From the NCBI GenBank assembly GCA_012295275.1, contig CM022665.1, positions 3,224,001 through 3,288,000 of the forward strand: a stretch of DNA of 64,000 nucleotides, given 5' to 3'. The notes beneath the pieces were generated by a model, which made no database searches, was not told where the DNA came from, and saw nothing but the letters and a program-made list of their open reading frames with translations. Position numbers and translations under genes: made by a program. Of this stretch, positions 27,304 to 42,300 are shown piece by piece. The DNA is from Chrysomallon squamiferum. Taxonomy: Eukaryota > Animalia > Mollusca. Each line of letters opens with the position of its first letter. Positions within the stretch are counted from its first letter, which is position 1.

Positions 27304-30300
27304 AACAATGTACCTGAAGGCAAACTGTATCCATATGCTGCATATGCTGCATGCATTCCAGCCTGTGCTCCATGTATTTCGGCAGCACTCAACAATTTCT
27401 TGGATCCCCTCCCCCTAGGACGTCTCCCAATTCCTGTCCCACGTGGACGGCCTCGACTTCGGCCTCTTTTCCCCTGAGATTTTGGGGTGGATGTAACTTA
27501 AAACACAGTCAATAATAACAATGACATAATACAAAAAAAACCCTTCATTTTACTTTTTTTGAAACAGTTGTTTACTGCTTGTGACTAAAAATAACATTTA
27601 GACAATCTAAGATTAAAAAATATACAGAAGATTTTATGCAGAACAATTACACTGATGTACTGACCATCTGAATTATTTTTAACACTACTTACAGAACAAA
27701 ATATAACTTTTAATTTTTATACAGACATTTGCTGAAGAAATTTATAACTGCAATATACTGTCTAAGCCAGTCACACTGTGACTGTAAGATTAAATGATTT
27801 CGGACCAACACTGATTGTGAAATTTTAATGGTTACCAGGTGGGAATGCGATGTGAGCATCATCCACAATAACAAGTCCACCATCATTGCTACTGTCTTCA
27901 TGGATTCCAAGAACCACAGCCTCACTTCCAAAAGACATCTGTAAAACAAAGTGTAATTTGCTTAATGCAGTCCACAACCCATCTGTAACAAATATCAGAA
28001 ATGGCTAATTGTAATAATGACAACAACACAAACACTAACTGGTTAACTGAACCATACTACATCCAGGTTTAAACATTTAGCTATCTTTACAAAAGACAGA
28101 TGACTAGAAAAACAAACTCATTAGAGAAGAAATAATAACAACAGGATGTTTCTTTATGCAGAGTGTAAGAAATCCTATACTAGAAACTGCTGTACACAAG
28201 ATTTCAATCTAAAAAGTTCTCTTTTTCTTTGTAATGGAAAACAAAAGATGTCCAATAATTGTCAGATAAATCTGAATTTCAACTGCAAATAAGAATGCCA
28301 TATTAAAAAATTATTATGAAGCTACTTTTATTTATTTATTTACAAATACATTACTTAAGTATATTATTAAAATGGATTATCCAACTGTCATCAAATTGAA
28401 TTTAACTTTAATGATAACTTTCCAAATTCTGTCTGTATATATCTTTCATTTATCACCCTATTGTATATGTATTCAGAAAAAAAGAATTAGTCTGCTGTGT
28501 CCATTTTAGCTGTCTGTAGATTTTCATTAGAAAAGTGCATTAAATCACATAAAAGATGGAATGCATAACAAATTTTACTGCATTTAAAAACGATTTCAAG
28601 AGTTTGTTCTGTTTAATGTTCTTTCAGCACAATAGAATTATTAATATGAACTTTCCAAAACTTTTGACCTGTCAGCTATGAAATGTTATGACCTGTTGTG
28701 AACATGAAACAAGCCTACAGTCTGCTGGCATAAAGCATTTTACTATTAAAACTAACTGAGTGCTAAACTTGTTACAGAAAATAACATCTCTTTTTGGAAG
28801 AAAAAAACAAAACAAAAAAAACATACAAAAATATTATTAAATTAAGAATGAAAAATAAAATACTTTAATAAATAAATAACAAACAGAAATAATTCTCATT
28901 TTCACAGTTACTTAGCCAAACATTTCAAAATATTATCAATTTAAAATACCAACAAAAGAAAGCAGTGATTTTCTTTACTTGAATGAATACATTGCTAATC
29001 ATATTCTTATCAAAAATATAAAAAGTAAAGATAATAATTGATTTTGTCCTAAACTATAGGAATTAAATTGCTTGTAACGTTTGGTAAATACAATAGAAAA
29101 GCTGATCATAAGCAATCACCATAATGTTCTGCTGAAGTCTCTGATTGAAAGTATTTTGTTTTGTCAATGAACCGTTCATGTTTATAGAAAGCCCTGTAAT
29201 TTCAGGCAATTTACACCAGGTCACATAAAGGTTATTTTGCATATGCTGAGCCCGGCTAAACATTACACAAAGAAATCACTAACAAAGAAGAATAAGTTAC
29301 ACAAAGGAAAATAAAATATACATTGAAAAAAAAAAAAAAAAAAAAAATATCATCCTATGTCTGTACATGAAAACACTTTTTTTTTTTTTTTTTTAACGTT
29401 TAAAATTCAAATCTGTAAATATTTTAATAAAATTACTAAATAATAATAATTAAGAAAAACTTGAAAAAGAGAGAAAAAAGAAGAAAATATCCAATTTCAG
29501 AGCAAGAAATTCATCTTTATTCTCTAGTTTAAATGATGTTGCACCAGATTTACAAACTGATACTGGTATTATTCATTTGGAATAAAAGAAGAGGATAATG
29601 TTTTAAAAAGGGACTAACAACAAAGAAATTTTTTTGTTTTGTTTAATGAGTAGATGATTAGAAATAAAAGGTGCAGAAATCTGCCAAATTTATCTCATGA
29701 TTTAGTTACACAATAATAGTGTACTGAAGTCCACAGTTTTTACTGATTAAAATAATAATAATAATAAAAATGAATAAAACACACACACATATATATATGC
29801 ATGTAAATGCAAGACAAAGAAAAGAAAAAAAAAATAGGAAAATAAAAATAAAAAAAAACTGGAGAAAGACTAGAAATAAAAGGAAAACATTGAAAAAAAG
29901 ATAAATTATACACAAGGTCAAATGTTAATGTTTCTTACCACACTTTGAGGACTGGCTGGAACAGAATAAGAGTCATGGCTTGCTACAGACTCAGTGTCAG
30001 GTGCAGGTATGGTTACATTTGATTCATCAGTTTTAGACTTCTTTCCGTCCCGTTTCTGACCCCAAAAAATAATAAAAAAGATGACACACCATTTACAAAA
30101 TGGAAGAAAAATACCCCCCAAATAGCAATTAATGTTTAACATAAAATTAAAATAAAGTTGTTATGTGCAGGTGCACGAAAAACCTCCACAAAGAGAAGAC
30201 GATGAAAATTTAAGAAACAGGAATTAATAGAATATTACCTTTCTTTCAAACCCCAAAACAGCAGTAATACTTATGACAATATCTGCTAGCTAAATATTTC

Positions 30301-33300
30301 TATATTGGTAAAAACTAATACTATGAGCATTATTTATGGTACACAGCCCTCCCCAAATTATTAATACCTTATATTCCCGTTTTCGTTTTCTTTCTTCTTT
30401 GTTTCCATCTTTTCGTTTTTCATCTTGCCTGAATTTTACTGTAATCAATTGCAGAGGTTTTTTTTAGAAGCATTGCAACATAAATCAAACAGGGATGTCA
30501 AGAGGTTAAAGCAAAAATGTTTAAAACGGAGTTTAATGAAAAAAGAAATGTTAGCAATTTAAAGATTGTTCAAAATAATCAGAAAAAAAATATAGAACCT
30601 TCCAGAGCTGGATTTTAAGCCAGTATAAAACATTTACAACAAACAAAACATTTTCTTTAAATAAATTATTAGTGATCCAAATGTAGAAAACATTAAATAT
30701 AAATATCTCCTTATGGATTTTTTTTTTATATTCACTTTTTTAAAAATATATTTGTCAGAAATAAGAGCATACATTTTGTTTCCATTTCATCATCATCAAT
30801 AAGAAGCGAAACCACTTCCTTTGGTTTGAGAGTGTCAGGGCGAAAGTTTCCTCCTGATATCACCATTCTCTGGATCTAAAAGAAAGGGTTTTAATTCTGT
30901 TAATTTTCCAAGCAAAAACACACATATCTTCAGAATTAATGGAATTAAAATTAATTGTAGTTTGTGCCATAAATTAAAAAAATAAGGGGATAAATACTTT
31001 GAATTTTACTATTTGAAAAAATTAATTCAGTGTTTAGTGTCATGGATTTATTTAGCCAATGAAACTGGATAAGTTATGAAAAAATTAATTATCTAAAGAA
31101 AGACTGTTTAATCTGGCAATAATTTAAGAGAAATTTGAGTACAGCATAATTAAAAGTTTACTGTCTCAGATTGGAAAGATAAAAAAACAACAACTAAAAC
31201 AAAATGAAATGAAACTGAAATAAAAATAAATCTATAATGAAAAATAAAACATAAGAGTAGGGTTTACATAAAATATTAATCCATCAATTTTAATGTACCA
31301 TTTCTAAATATTTACAAAAATAACATCCATAAAAAATAACTGATAGAGAGAAAAAAAGACAAAGACAGAGAATAGGAAATACATGTATATATTAAAATTA
31401 CATAACTGACAAAAGGTAGAATAGGATATACATAAAATATTAAAATGATGTAACAGTAAAAATATATGAAAATAGGATAACATATACTTAATATTAAAAT
31501 TACATGACAGTACCTCACTCTTTTCCTTAGCTCGCTGAAGAATTCTTTCCTCAATGGTTCCTTTGCAGATGAGTCTGTACACAGTAACCTGCTTGGTCTG
31601 ACCAAGACGATGGGCACGATCCATAGCTTGCTGATCTACAGTTGGATTCCAATCACTGTCATAGAAGATAACCTACAAAATAAAACATTAAAGCACTTTT
31701 GTATAATAAGCCTATAAACAGTTCTTTTTAAAACAAATTTCCTCTATTTGCCATTTTTGGTATTATTTTGAAGACTCATTTGTTAGAAGAAAAAAATCTA
31801 TTTAATCTATTAAAAAAATAAATAGAATAAAATATTAATTATTACAAAAATAATAATTATTAATCAATCAATCAATTAAAAAAAATAAAAAATAAAAAAG
31901 GAAAAATTATGTGATAAAAACCCTACTAAAAACTAAAAGATTATAAACAAAAAATGTGTGAGGTATTTTATATTTCTAAAAGAAAACTTTTGTCTTAAAA
32001 AAAAAAAAAAAAAAAAAAAACAATTAACAAAATAAAAAAAAATAAAGAAAAAAAGATTTAAAAAAACAAGAAAACTTACTGTGTCTGCTGCTGTCAAATT
32101 TATCCCAAGACCACCAGCTCGTGTACTTAGAAGGAACACAAAAATATCTGATCTTGTTTGAAAATCAGCAACCATATCTCTCCGATCTGAAATCTTTGAT
32201 GATCCATCAAGTCTCATGTATGTGTGTTTTCTGTGCCACATATATTCCTGACAAAATAACAACCAATAAATAATTAAAAAGACTGGTTACAGAATCATTT
32301 TCCAAACTGTGAATTTAAAATTTTATTTAATTCTTTAAGATATTTTAAGATTTTTTATTAGTTTATATCAAACCACAATACTGGAAGACAGCAATTGTGA
32401 ATGTTGGAACATGAACAAAGAGGGACCATACCATTTTTTTTTTTAAAGGGTATATATTTAAAAAACATTTTAAAAATCTTTAAATTTTAAAACTGAAATA
32501 ACAAAACAGCATATAAAGGTAACATCATAAGAAAAAGGCTTTAATGAATTTCTTCAGAGTTTCTTGCAAGATCAGCTTTATTTTTCAACATTAAAATGTA
32601 ATTTGATATAAGACTTTATTGTGAAGATTTTTAGCAGAGTACTGACTTAGTTAAGAACATTTTTATTTTTATAACTGTAATATTCATTCCAAATATTAAG
32701 ATCACCCAATTAACACTGAAAATTTTGTTTAAAAGATTGCTCAACAAACTCCACCCTGAATTTACTAATATTAAAATATTTTACAAATATATTACTGAAC
32801 ATTTTGCTACCAGATAATTTGCAAACACAAAACACTGTAAAAGGATTTATTGCTAAAACACTTTAAAGAAAAAGTTAATAAATTTTAAAGCTAGGACAAT
32901 ATATCAGAACAAATTTAAAAAAAGATATCACTGTTAAAACATATCACATAACAAAATTGAACTTTTTAATACAGGAATAAATTTACATTCTAAGAAAAGA
33001 ATGATTTGACAGCTGACCTGCCATTAACATTTAACAACCTTTTTAAATACTAATATATCACGTAAAGTTGATGTCTTAGAGAAAAATTACATTACTTTTA
33101 ATGAAGATGAGGTTTTTTAAAATGTAATTATGTTGTGGGTGCACTGATGGGGGTATTTTTGTGTTTATTTTTTATTTCATTTTTTTAAAACAACACCTGG
33201 CTGACTTACATTTTTACAATGTGTAACTATTGGATAAAAACATGTTTTTGTCAGTGATTCAAAATATTTTGTACAGAAAATTCAAGACCACAGAACCATT

Positions 33301-36300
33301 AGTTAGAGATCATGAACAAAGGGATGAAATGTTAATACTGTTTTACAAAAGTCAAAATTTTTAAATGCTTTATCACAGACAGCCCTTGACAAGCATGCCT
33401 TCTAAATGCACTGAAACAATAAACAAACAAATAAATCCCACATCTGATACCAAGTTAAAATGCGAAGTTTATTTTACTGAATGTAGACTATAAAACCAGT
33501 ACACTGGGTGCATTATAAAAATTTATGTTTCAGTTGCAATTTGATAATTTGTCCAACAAAAACAGATTATGTTTTTAATAATTGTATTATAATCTTTTTA
33601 TTTTAATTTGTGTCTTAAAAACAAATAATTAACCATAGCAACAAAAACTGGGAAGCTTGGTTACATTTGCATTGTGAGCAAGGAATAATTTATTCAAATT
33701 TTTTGAGAAGTTCATTAACTTACAAACATGTAGTTTATTATAATTACTGGTGAACCAAAAAAACCATATCAAAATACACTCTACTTAATGATTTTTATCT
33801 TTCAACAAAACAAATTAAAACCCCATGCTTAAAACTCCATTAACCTGAATAGCTACCCAACCTCCATATGGACCATGTCCCCATCTGTAATCATATGCAG
33901 TGACTGCAGACAAGAAACACAAAGGGGATAAAGAAAGATATGTGACATGTCTATAATCACTTGATCCAGTCGTTCAACTGTAAACACTACCTCAAAGAAA
34001 TTGTATCTGTCACTTGAGTACTAACTGTACAAAAATCAAATTTAATAGAGATTAACCTTTTCAATGTGATGAAAATTTGTGGTCCTTTAGTCAATGAAAT
34101 AAAACAGTAGGCCTATTTTAAATTAAAAATAAACAGTTTAAATACACACATTTAAAAATAAAAAATATAAATAAACAAATAAAAAAATATAAAAAATAAT
34201 ATTAATAACATGTTACTGACAATTACAGTAATATTTCCTTATCAAATAATGAGGTTTTGTTTTGTTTTCTTAAAACCTTTTTGTTTTTTCTTCAACACAC
34301 ACACATTAATATTTTTGCAAAAAAATGTTTTGTACATTTAATTTATAAATGCTATTAGCAAAGTTTTATTTATAAAACAATCACAATTTACTGGCTTCCA
34401 AGTTCATCTCAAAATCAACATATTTGTATGTAATGTTAATTAAATGAAGTGGTTTTTTTAGTTTGTTTTTCTTTTTTAAAGTTGCTTTGCTCTGCAAAAA
34501 ACAAAGAATTTTCCTGTCCAGCATGCTGCTGGAGAATGAGACTGAGTTTGTGTGAATGTGTCGCAGTGAGAAGATTTATTACCTAGGAATGGTGATAACC
34601 CAGCACAAGTGTACACCCATGATATGTCTGAAAAGTATTATTATTTCTCTGTGGGTGGGGTTGTCAAGCAAGCAGTCACACTTATCATTAAAACTAAGCA
34701 TAATCAAATCTAACTTTTTTTATAATTGAATTGTTTTTAACAATTTTTTTTTTAAAGTATCTCTGTCAGATTATTTTCATAAATTATTTGCAAATAAAAT
34801 GAACAAAGGGAAAACAATCATAAAAAGTTCAGATCAAGAAAATTCTGTACCTTAAGACCTTTCAAAACTATCATACTGTGCCACCTATAAATTAAATACT
34901 TTTTTAAATGATTTTAAAAAAACAAAAAATTATTTTCAGGTCAGGATACAGATAATTAATTTACACTGAAAGAAAACCATATTCTTTTACTTACTGTTAT
35001 TGTTTTGTTTCTTTTCATGGAAATCAGTTTTGTTCAATACAAATAATAAAATTCTTCTCTGAAAGATGGGAGTTGGAATGGAGACTTATCAGACTGTTTT
35101 TAACATGGTTCTTGTCTATTATCCCTTGTTTAACCAAAAAATTAAGATATCCATTCATGCTATGAAAACAGTTAATTAACAATAATAATACATACATACA
35201 TGCATATATACATATATACATATGTATGTATCAGAAAAATAAATGTGTATAATGCTTGCCTCTAGCAGGTCGATCATCCTTGTCATCTGTGAATAAATCA
35301 GTATACGATGACCTTCATTTTTCAGTCTTTGAAGAAGGCTATCCAAAACAAAGAGTTTTCCTGCATCAGACACTAGACTTTCTTTATCTGAAAATAACAA
35401 ATCAGTAAAATAGTTCTTAGTTTTTATCTCTCCCATATTTTTATTTTTTTTTATTTATTTTTTTATTTTTTTTACATACAAGTGTGGAAATACATATTTA
35501 TTAAAATTTTGTTATATTTTTATTTTCAAAATTTATATTTAAGCATAATTATAATCCGCAGTTCTTAGATAAATGAATTTTGACGTATTTAAGAATTCAC
35601 TGTCATACGTGAGTGTTAAATCTTAAATCTCATTTTAAACAGACCAGCTATAATATTACTATCATTAGCTCATAATATGAATGTACTAATGTAATTTTTT
35701 TTATTATTTCATTTTTAGTAAAAAAAATTATGGTCCATTCTATATTATAATTCTTTTGGGATTTTTTAAATATACTTTATTTTAAATTTACTAGTCCTTG
35801 AAAAAATCCATAAACTGCCATTTTTATAGAAAGAAAACAAAGATAATGATGTCAGTATTATGATAAAGAATTTAATAATCTCACATCTTTACAATCTGTG
35901 CCATGTTTGCTGGCCTGCAGCAAGTGAACTGTTATTGATACAGGCTGTCAGCAAGTAATTAACAGGATAGCTAACAATTAGTTTTAATAGGACTAACACA
36001 GAGAGATCCAGGAATCCAAATACAGTACTGGAAAACTGGTTTATTGTTATCAGATATCAAAGAGGTATCTTGAAAATTAAACAAATCCACTGCGGAAAGT
36101 AATTTTCTAAAACAATCTAATACAACTGACAAAATCAATAAAACTACCAAATATATTAACGTTAATAAACCTATTACCAAAATAGTAATAAATGTTAAAA
36201 CAATTTTTACAAAATTAAAAGAAAAAATTAATATGTATTAAACCTCAGGATCACAACTATTCAGACCACTCATCCAAAACAATATTAAATTTAGCATTCC

Positions 36301-39300
36301 ACCATTCCTTTTAAAACAGTAATAAACATTAACATAAGTTTACTCTATTTCTTCATTTATATACTTTACAAAAATTCAGCTTTTTTCACGAGAACCTATG
36401 TAGATTCTCCTGGAAGCAGACCACGAGTATCCTCCAATTCTCAACAGTTTCAGAGAACAACTTTATCAATAGTGTTAGTTACATAGAATTCTGTGTCAAA
36501 TGTGATGAACTGTACACAGATTAGTGTATATAAAACCACCCTTACTATTTATTGGAAAGAATAACCAATTTGTCAGCAACAGTATATCCAAATTAAAAAA
36601 AAACAACAACGTGAAAGCTTTGTTTTCCTTTAATTTAATATGATCAACACAAGAAATAAAATGAACTATCTATAATTAGATGTGTTTTTATTTTAAGCAT
36701 TTCTTTCTACTGAATGTGCTCAACACACCGTAAATGAAATAAATATTTGTAATTGGATTTGCATTTCCGCAACTGACAAAAACAAAATGTATGGATTAAA
36801 AAGAGCAGGGCATTTAAGGTTAGGAACATAATATCAACAAACTAACATAGTAATGTGTGATACAATACCAAATTTGGCACATTGAATTACTATATCTTGT
36901 TACTATGTAAGAACTGAACAAACATGTTCTTTTTGGTTCTCTCTGTAGACAATTTGGTTCATAGAAGTGGGTCCCCCAATGCGTGGCTTCAGGCCAGACT
37001 AGTTTCAATTAAACACAGTGTTTTGAATCCTGTTGTGAATTGGATTCAGAGATTTGTACAAATTTTTAAACAGGAGAAAGATCATGATAAATAGTCTTAT
37101 TAGAAAAGGACAAAAAACAAAAAGAAGAAAAGAAGTAATAAATAAATAACTAGTTATTTGTTGCTCTGTTTAGTTTTTGTCAATGTATGTATGTGACATA
37201 TATGTATCTATTTTTTTGACCAATAAATGTAATGCAGAACCTCCCCACCTAAAAATCCCAACTTTTTACATAGATAACTTCCTCAGAAGTTTATTCAGTA
37301 ATCTTTATTTTAAATGTTTTTCCTGTGAAATGTCTTTAAAAAACCCCAGAAAATGTTATTTCACTGATATAATCTATCATCAACAGAAATAGATCTAAAA
37401 AAATAAACCGGGACTCAAAATATTTATCTCTAATAATAATTAATTTTTATACTGTCTTAAATGTTTTATAATTTTTATATTAATAATAAAACCAATATTT
37501 GAAATATGACATTAAAGTTATATATATAAAGAAACAACAAAAACAATAACAAAAATAAAACCCTGTCTATTATAGAAAACTGTTTCAAAACATCTTTATT
37601 TTTAAACAGCATAATCCAGGGGAGATAACTCACAAATAAAGATACCTAACATGCAATATGATTTGACTGTGTAGAAACTGAAGTCATATAAATTTCGTTA
37701 CCTTCTACAGTTTAACAAAATTTGTAGAAAAATAAAGACCCATCACTTTGGGAATTTTTGTTGTTTTAGTCATTTCAGCAATTGCTCTATGTAAGCAAAA
37801 TGAATTGGATAAAAGCAAAACAGGAAAATGGGTAGAACACAACATTGAAATTGTATTTTTAATTTTTTGTTTTAATTAATCCAACATTTCAGGAAAGAAG
37901 TTTTATTTTCTGATAAATATTACAGATTTATATAACATTTTATTACTTCTTCCACAAGAAACAAAAAAAAAAAAAAAAAAACCCCACCTGAATCAAAACA
38001 TTTATAATAACAAATTTTCAAAGGAAACAACCACAACTATAAATTTATTCATTATCTTAATATCTGAACCAAAGAACATTTGCATAAATCCTCACCTGGG
38101 ATGGAAACATTTGAAAATCCATGTTTAGGACAAACAGCTGCAAGTCCACCTAAAGAGGGAGTTGTGAATGTCAGGGATGACCAGCGTGCTTGAATAGCTA
38201 ACTCTGGAGTACCATAGAGAAGAGAATTCCTTGCTTCAATAGTCCCACATAATTCTTCTTTAACACTTATCCATGCAGCACTTCGGTCACAAGTATATTT
38301 TTTCAGAGGTGCACTACGTACCTGAAAACATTTTAATTAAAATTAATTAGCACTTTCAGATACAATGTTGCACAACATGCACACAAAAAATAAGGACAAA
38401 AAAATAAAAAAATAATAATAAAAAAAAAAAAAAAAATTAAAAATTTAAAAATAAAATTAATGTACAAGTGACCAGTGTTTGTATGTTTAATTCACAGTAA
38501 TACAGAAAGAGAAATAAGCATTATTTAATGTCTGAAACCAATATTTAAATAAAGCTCTATACACTTACCCCATGATATAAATTGCTGACAAAGGATGGCA
38601 AACTGGTAGGTTGTAGTTTGAGAACGTGTGGTGGTCGTCTGTTGTGTGGAAAAATGGGTAAAACAATGTCTTCCCCTGATGAAATTTTCTTAGGAGAAAT
38701 CTGTATTGGAAAGAATTATTATTAAATACTAAGTTAATTCAGAAAAATACAAAATATAAATTAATCAGACAAAAATAAAAATATTTATAACTTGAATCAG
38801 ATTCAGTGTAATATAAATAAATCTGAAAAAAATCTATTATTTATTTAAAAGAAAAACTACTCATGTTTCCAGTTATGTTTTACAATGAGGGATTCTTTAT
38901 TTTATCATAATTTTCCTTATGATATTCAACACTTAGACGTGAATAAATATATACATTATCACTCAAACTAATCATACTCCAGTGTATATGCAGAGGTCAA
39001 CTTCATGATAAAATACAAAAGCAAGCTCACCTTTGTTGGTGATCGTGGTGGACTCATTTGAGCTTTTTTAACTGCAGCTGCCTGTCGCAGGTGTTTCAGT
39101 CGGTTAAGTCGGTGACTAGTGGTCTCCTTCATGCAATGTATCACATGATCTTCATGTGATACAACATCTGAAGTGTTACTTGCGAAAACAAGGCTGCTCA
39201 GATTGGGTGAAGTGTGGATATTTGGGAATGAGGTAACTTGTTCTGTCTGTAGAAGTAGTTGTTTGCACGTTGACCACCTTCTGTTTAATTTAGAAATTAA

Positions 39301-42300
39301 TTAGACAATTTTGAAAAACAATCGTCATTTCAATGTTATAAAAGAAAACAAAATTATCATTAAAATTAAAAACATGTTATCTCAAACAGTTAGTTTTCGA
39401 AAACATATTTCTGAAAATTCAGTCTTCATACTGATGTTAATTTAGTAAAGATTATTTAAAAATGAAATAATTGTAAATGAAATATTAAACAAACCTATTC
39501 AAATTTCCATGCCAGAATTTGCTGTGATGTATTCTGTAAGCTTCTTTTAACCACAGAAAAACAGCCAACCATCTAAATGTGGGTAGAGAAAAATAACATG
39601 TTAATGATTAAACAACAATCAGAGGTATTGTTTTTCACCTTATACTAATACAAAGTAAAATGTGTCAGAAAACCTTTGAAAACAATTAAGTCTACATATT
39701 TAAGAAAGTTCTTGAGTCCCTTACCTGGCAAGAAGACCTCCCATGTATGAATGTAGCTCAGCTGGTGATATGTTGATGAATCGAAGAAATGAGAAACAAC
39801 TATCTATATATGATCCTGAAAATGGAGATGCACAAATGTGTTTTTATTACTGTTCCAGTTAAAATAATCTGTTCTAGAAAGGAATTTCTGTTTCAGTATA
39901 ATCTTTTGCAATAATCATAATCTAGAACGGTCATTTATTGTAATCATTTACCTGTAATCTAATTTTATAAATAGGTTAAATGAAACCTATGCAATACATA
40001 CTAAGATACACATAAAGTTTTTTATCTACATAATTTTAAAGTTATCCCAAACTGTAACAAAATAACACTTACCAGAATGATTCTGAGGGAACAATGAATA
40101 ATGAATATGCTCTGGAGAATGAATATACAGCAAACTATACAAAACTTTTGCCTTGCTTGGCATAGCACTATTGAGTAAACCTGTTTTTGTTAAAAAAAAA
40201 AAAATAATAATAATAAAAATGCAACCATTACTCTGGATCATCCTAAACAAAGAACAGAAATACTGATAAATAACAAATTTCAGTTGTATCAGAGATTGAA
40301 ATTTAATGAAAGTAATGTAACTCTAATAAAATCTGTAACAAGAACAAAAAAAAAATAAGGTGAAGGCAATTCCTGTTCTATTTACTTAATAAAATAATTA
40401 ATTTCTGGTGAAACAACTAATTCTTTAATCTAAATAATTTAATTACTTAAATTCTTTATTTTTACTTTTATAAATAACTATAAACAGCAATAATTAGGTT
40501 ATTATTATTTAATCAAATTGGAATACTTACCATTTCGGAAAATGTGCTTTGGCACAATATATGGTTCAAGGGTCATGAAGAAAGCAGATGAAGGTTCTCT
40601 TCTTTCAAACAAATCAGGATGGTTACACACCTGATAAATAATCAATAATTGTCATTTAAAAAATAATTAAAGATCTTTTTTATACACTCTTAAACAAAAT
40701 CATTTTGCTTACTTCATTGTTAGGTACATTTCCGGCATGTGAAATCTGTGAAGATCTATCATTATTACTCATTCTATTTACTAAATCAACAAATGTACAA
40801 TTGTGAAATTGTAATTTAACTTACTAATGATTAATCAAAGAAAATTTCATAAAAAAACTAGATTCTTTTCTAAAAATTTAAATATTTATTATGTTTTGTG
40901 TTTATGCTATTAAAAGGTTACAGGAAGCTGATGAGTTACAAAAATAATAAGTATTGCTAATAAAGATTTACAGAGCAATTTCATGTTAAATTTAATAAAA
41001 TAACTGAAGTACAGTGCTTTTCTGAATTAGTCTTTTTCTTGAATAATTCTGTGCAGTAAATCAACAAGGGAACATTCAGAAATCACTGAAAACAAACCTT
41101 TCTAAATTGCATTACAAGGTTCATGAGGCTACTCGTTGTGGTTTGAGATTGTGAGTTATTGGCAAGGGCTGTCTGAAGCAAATCTTCTATTGAAATTTTG
41201 TTCTTTACTGCTTGATAAAGAAGCTTCTGTCTTGTTGTAAGTGGACAGTAAACTAGAATCTCAATCTGGAAATAATTTAAATTTTTTTAATGTATTATTT
41301 TGAAACTGAAGATCAAGAAAAAATATTAATAACATTATGAGAGTTACTTCAACACTCTTTGTTTGCACTTTAAAAATTAGTATGCAGTAAAAACAGGCAG
41401 CTCACTCCATACAAATGTGTATTTTATACTTTTTAGTAATAAAATAATAACTCAGATTTTTCACATGCAAAATAACTTGCACTTCTGGTACCTTTATAAG
41501 AGTAAAAACTGTAATTAGTAAAATGACTTGTCACTTTTTAATTGAAATAAACAAAAGAATACTAAATCAGAAAAAAGTACTATGTTATATAAATATCAGT
41601 CAGATAAGATTATACAAAATATAGTCTGATAAGGTTAATAAATGAAGAATAATGGAATTATAAAAATATTTTGTTGAATATTTGTTAATTACCTTGTCTG
41701 AAAGCTCATTTTCCACATCCTTTTTGATTCTGCGTAACATGAAAGGTTTCAAAATCATATGAAGTCGAGACAGTTGATCTGAAATGATTTTTTAATATAT
41801 TTTTTTTTATTCAACAATGTAAAATAACACATTAGTCTTTTGAAATTAATGTCCCATTTGAAATAAAATTAAGTTTAGGTTAAAATCTACAGGATATTAT
41901 CTAATTATTTTGCTGACAAAGAAAATGTTGCTTACTTTATAGTATGTTTTAATGTCTGTTTATAAATCAGAAAAACTAGACAAACAAATCATTTGCACTT
42001 AAGGGAGTTAACGTTAAATTTTAAATAAACAACACAATTCAATATAGACAGGTTTCACTGTATATATTCTACATCAAACTAATTGAAAGAAATTATAATA
42101 AAAAAACTGACTTTCATCAATTCCAGACTGCTTCTCGGCATGACTTTCAATATCTTTTGAAAACCATTCATTGAATTCATCATGAGAATCAAAAAGTGTT
42201 GGCATTATAAAATGAAGAAGAGCCCACAGCTGAAACATTGAAATAATGAATTTTTAAAACACAGTTAAACAATGACAACTGGAAATAACTTGTATTCTAA

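Noticed and set aside
27148-27477. + strand 109-aa ORF (likewise 47437-47787)
   Set aside because: Antisense shadows of INO80 exons plus microsatellite.
30230-30262. Possible INO80 micro-exon (AAG|GTAATA donor on the - strand)
   Set aside because: The only adjacent acceptor gives a 4-nt frame-breaking exon, and the flanking exons already join in phase.
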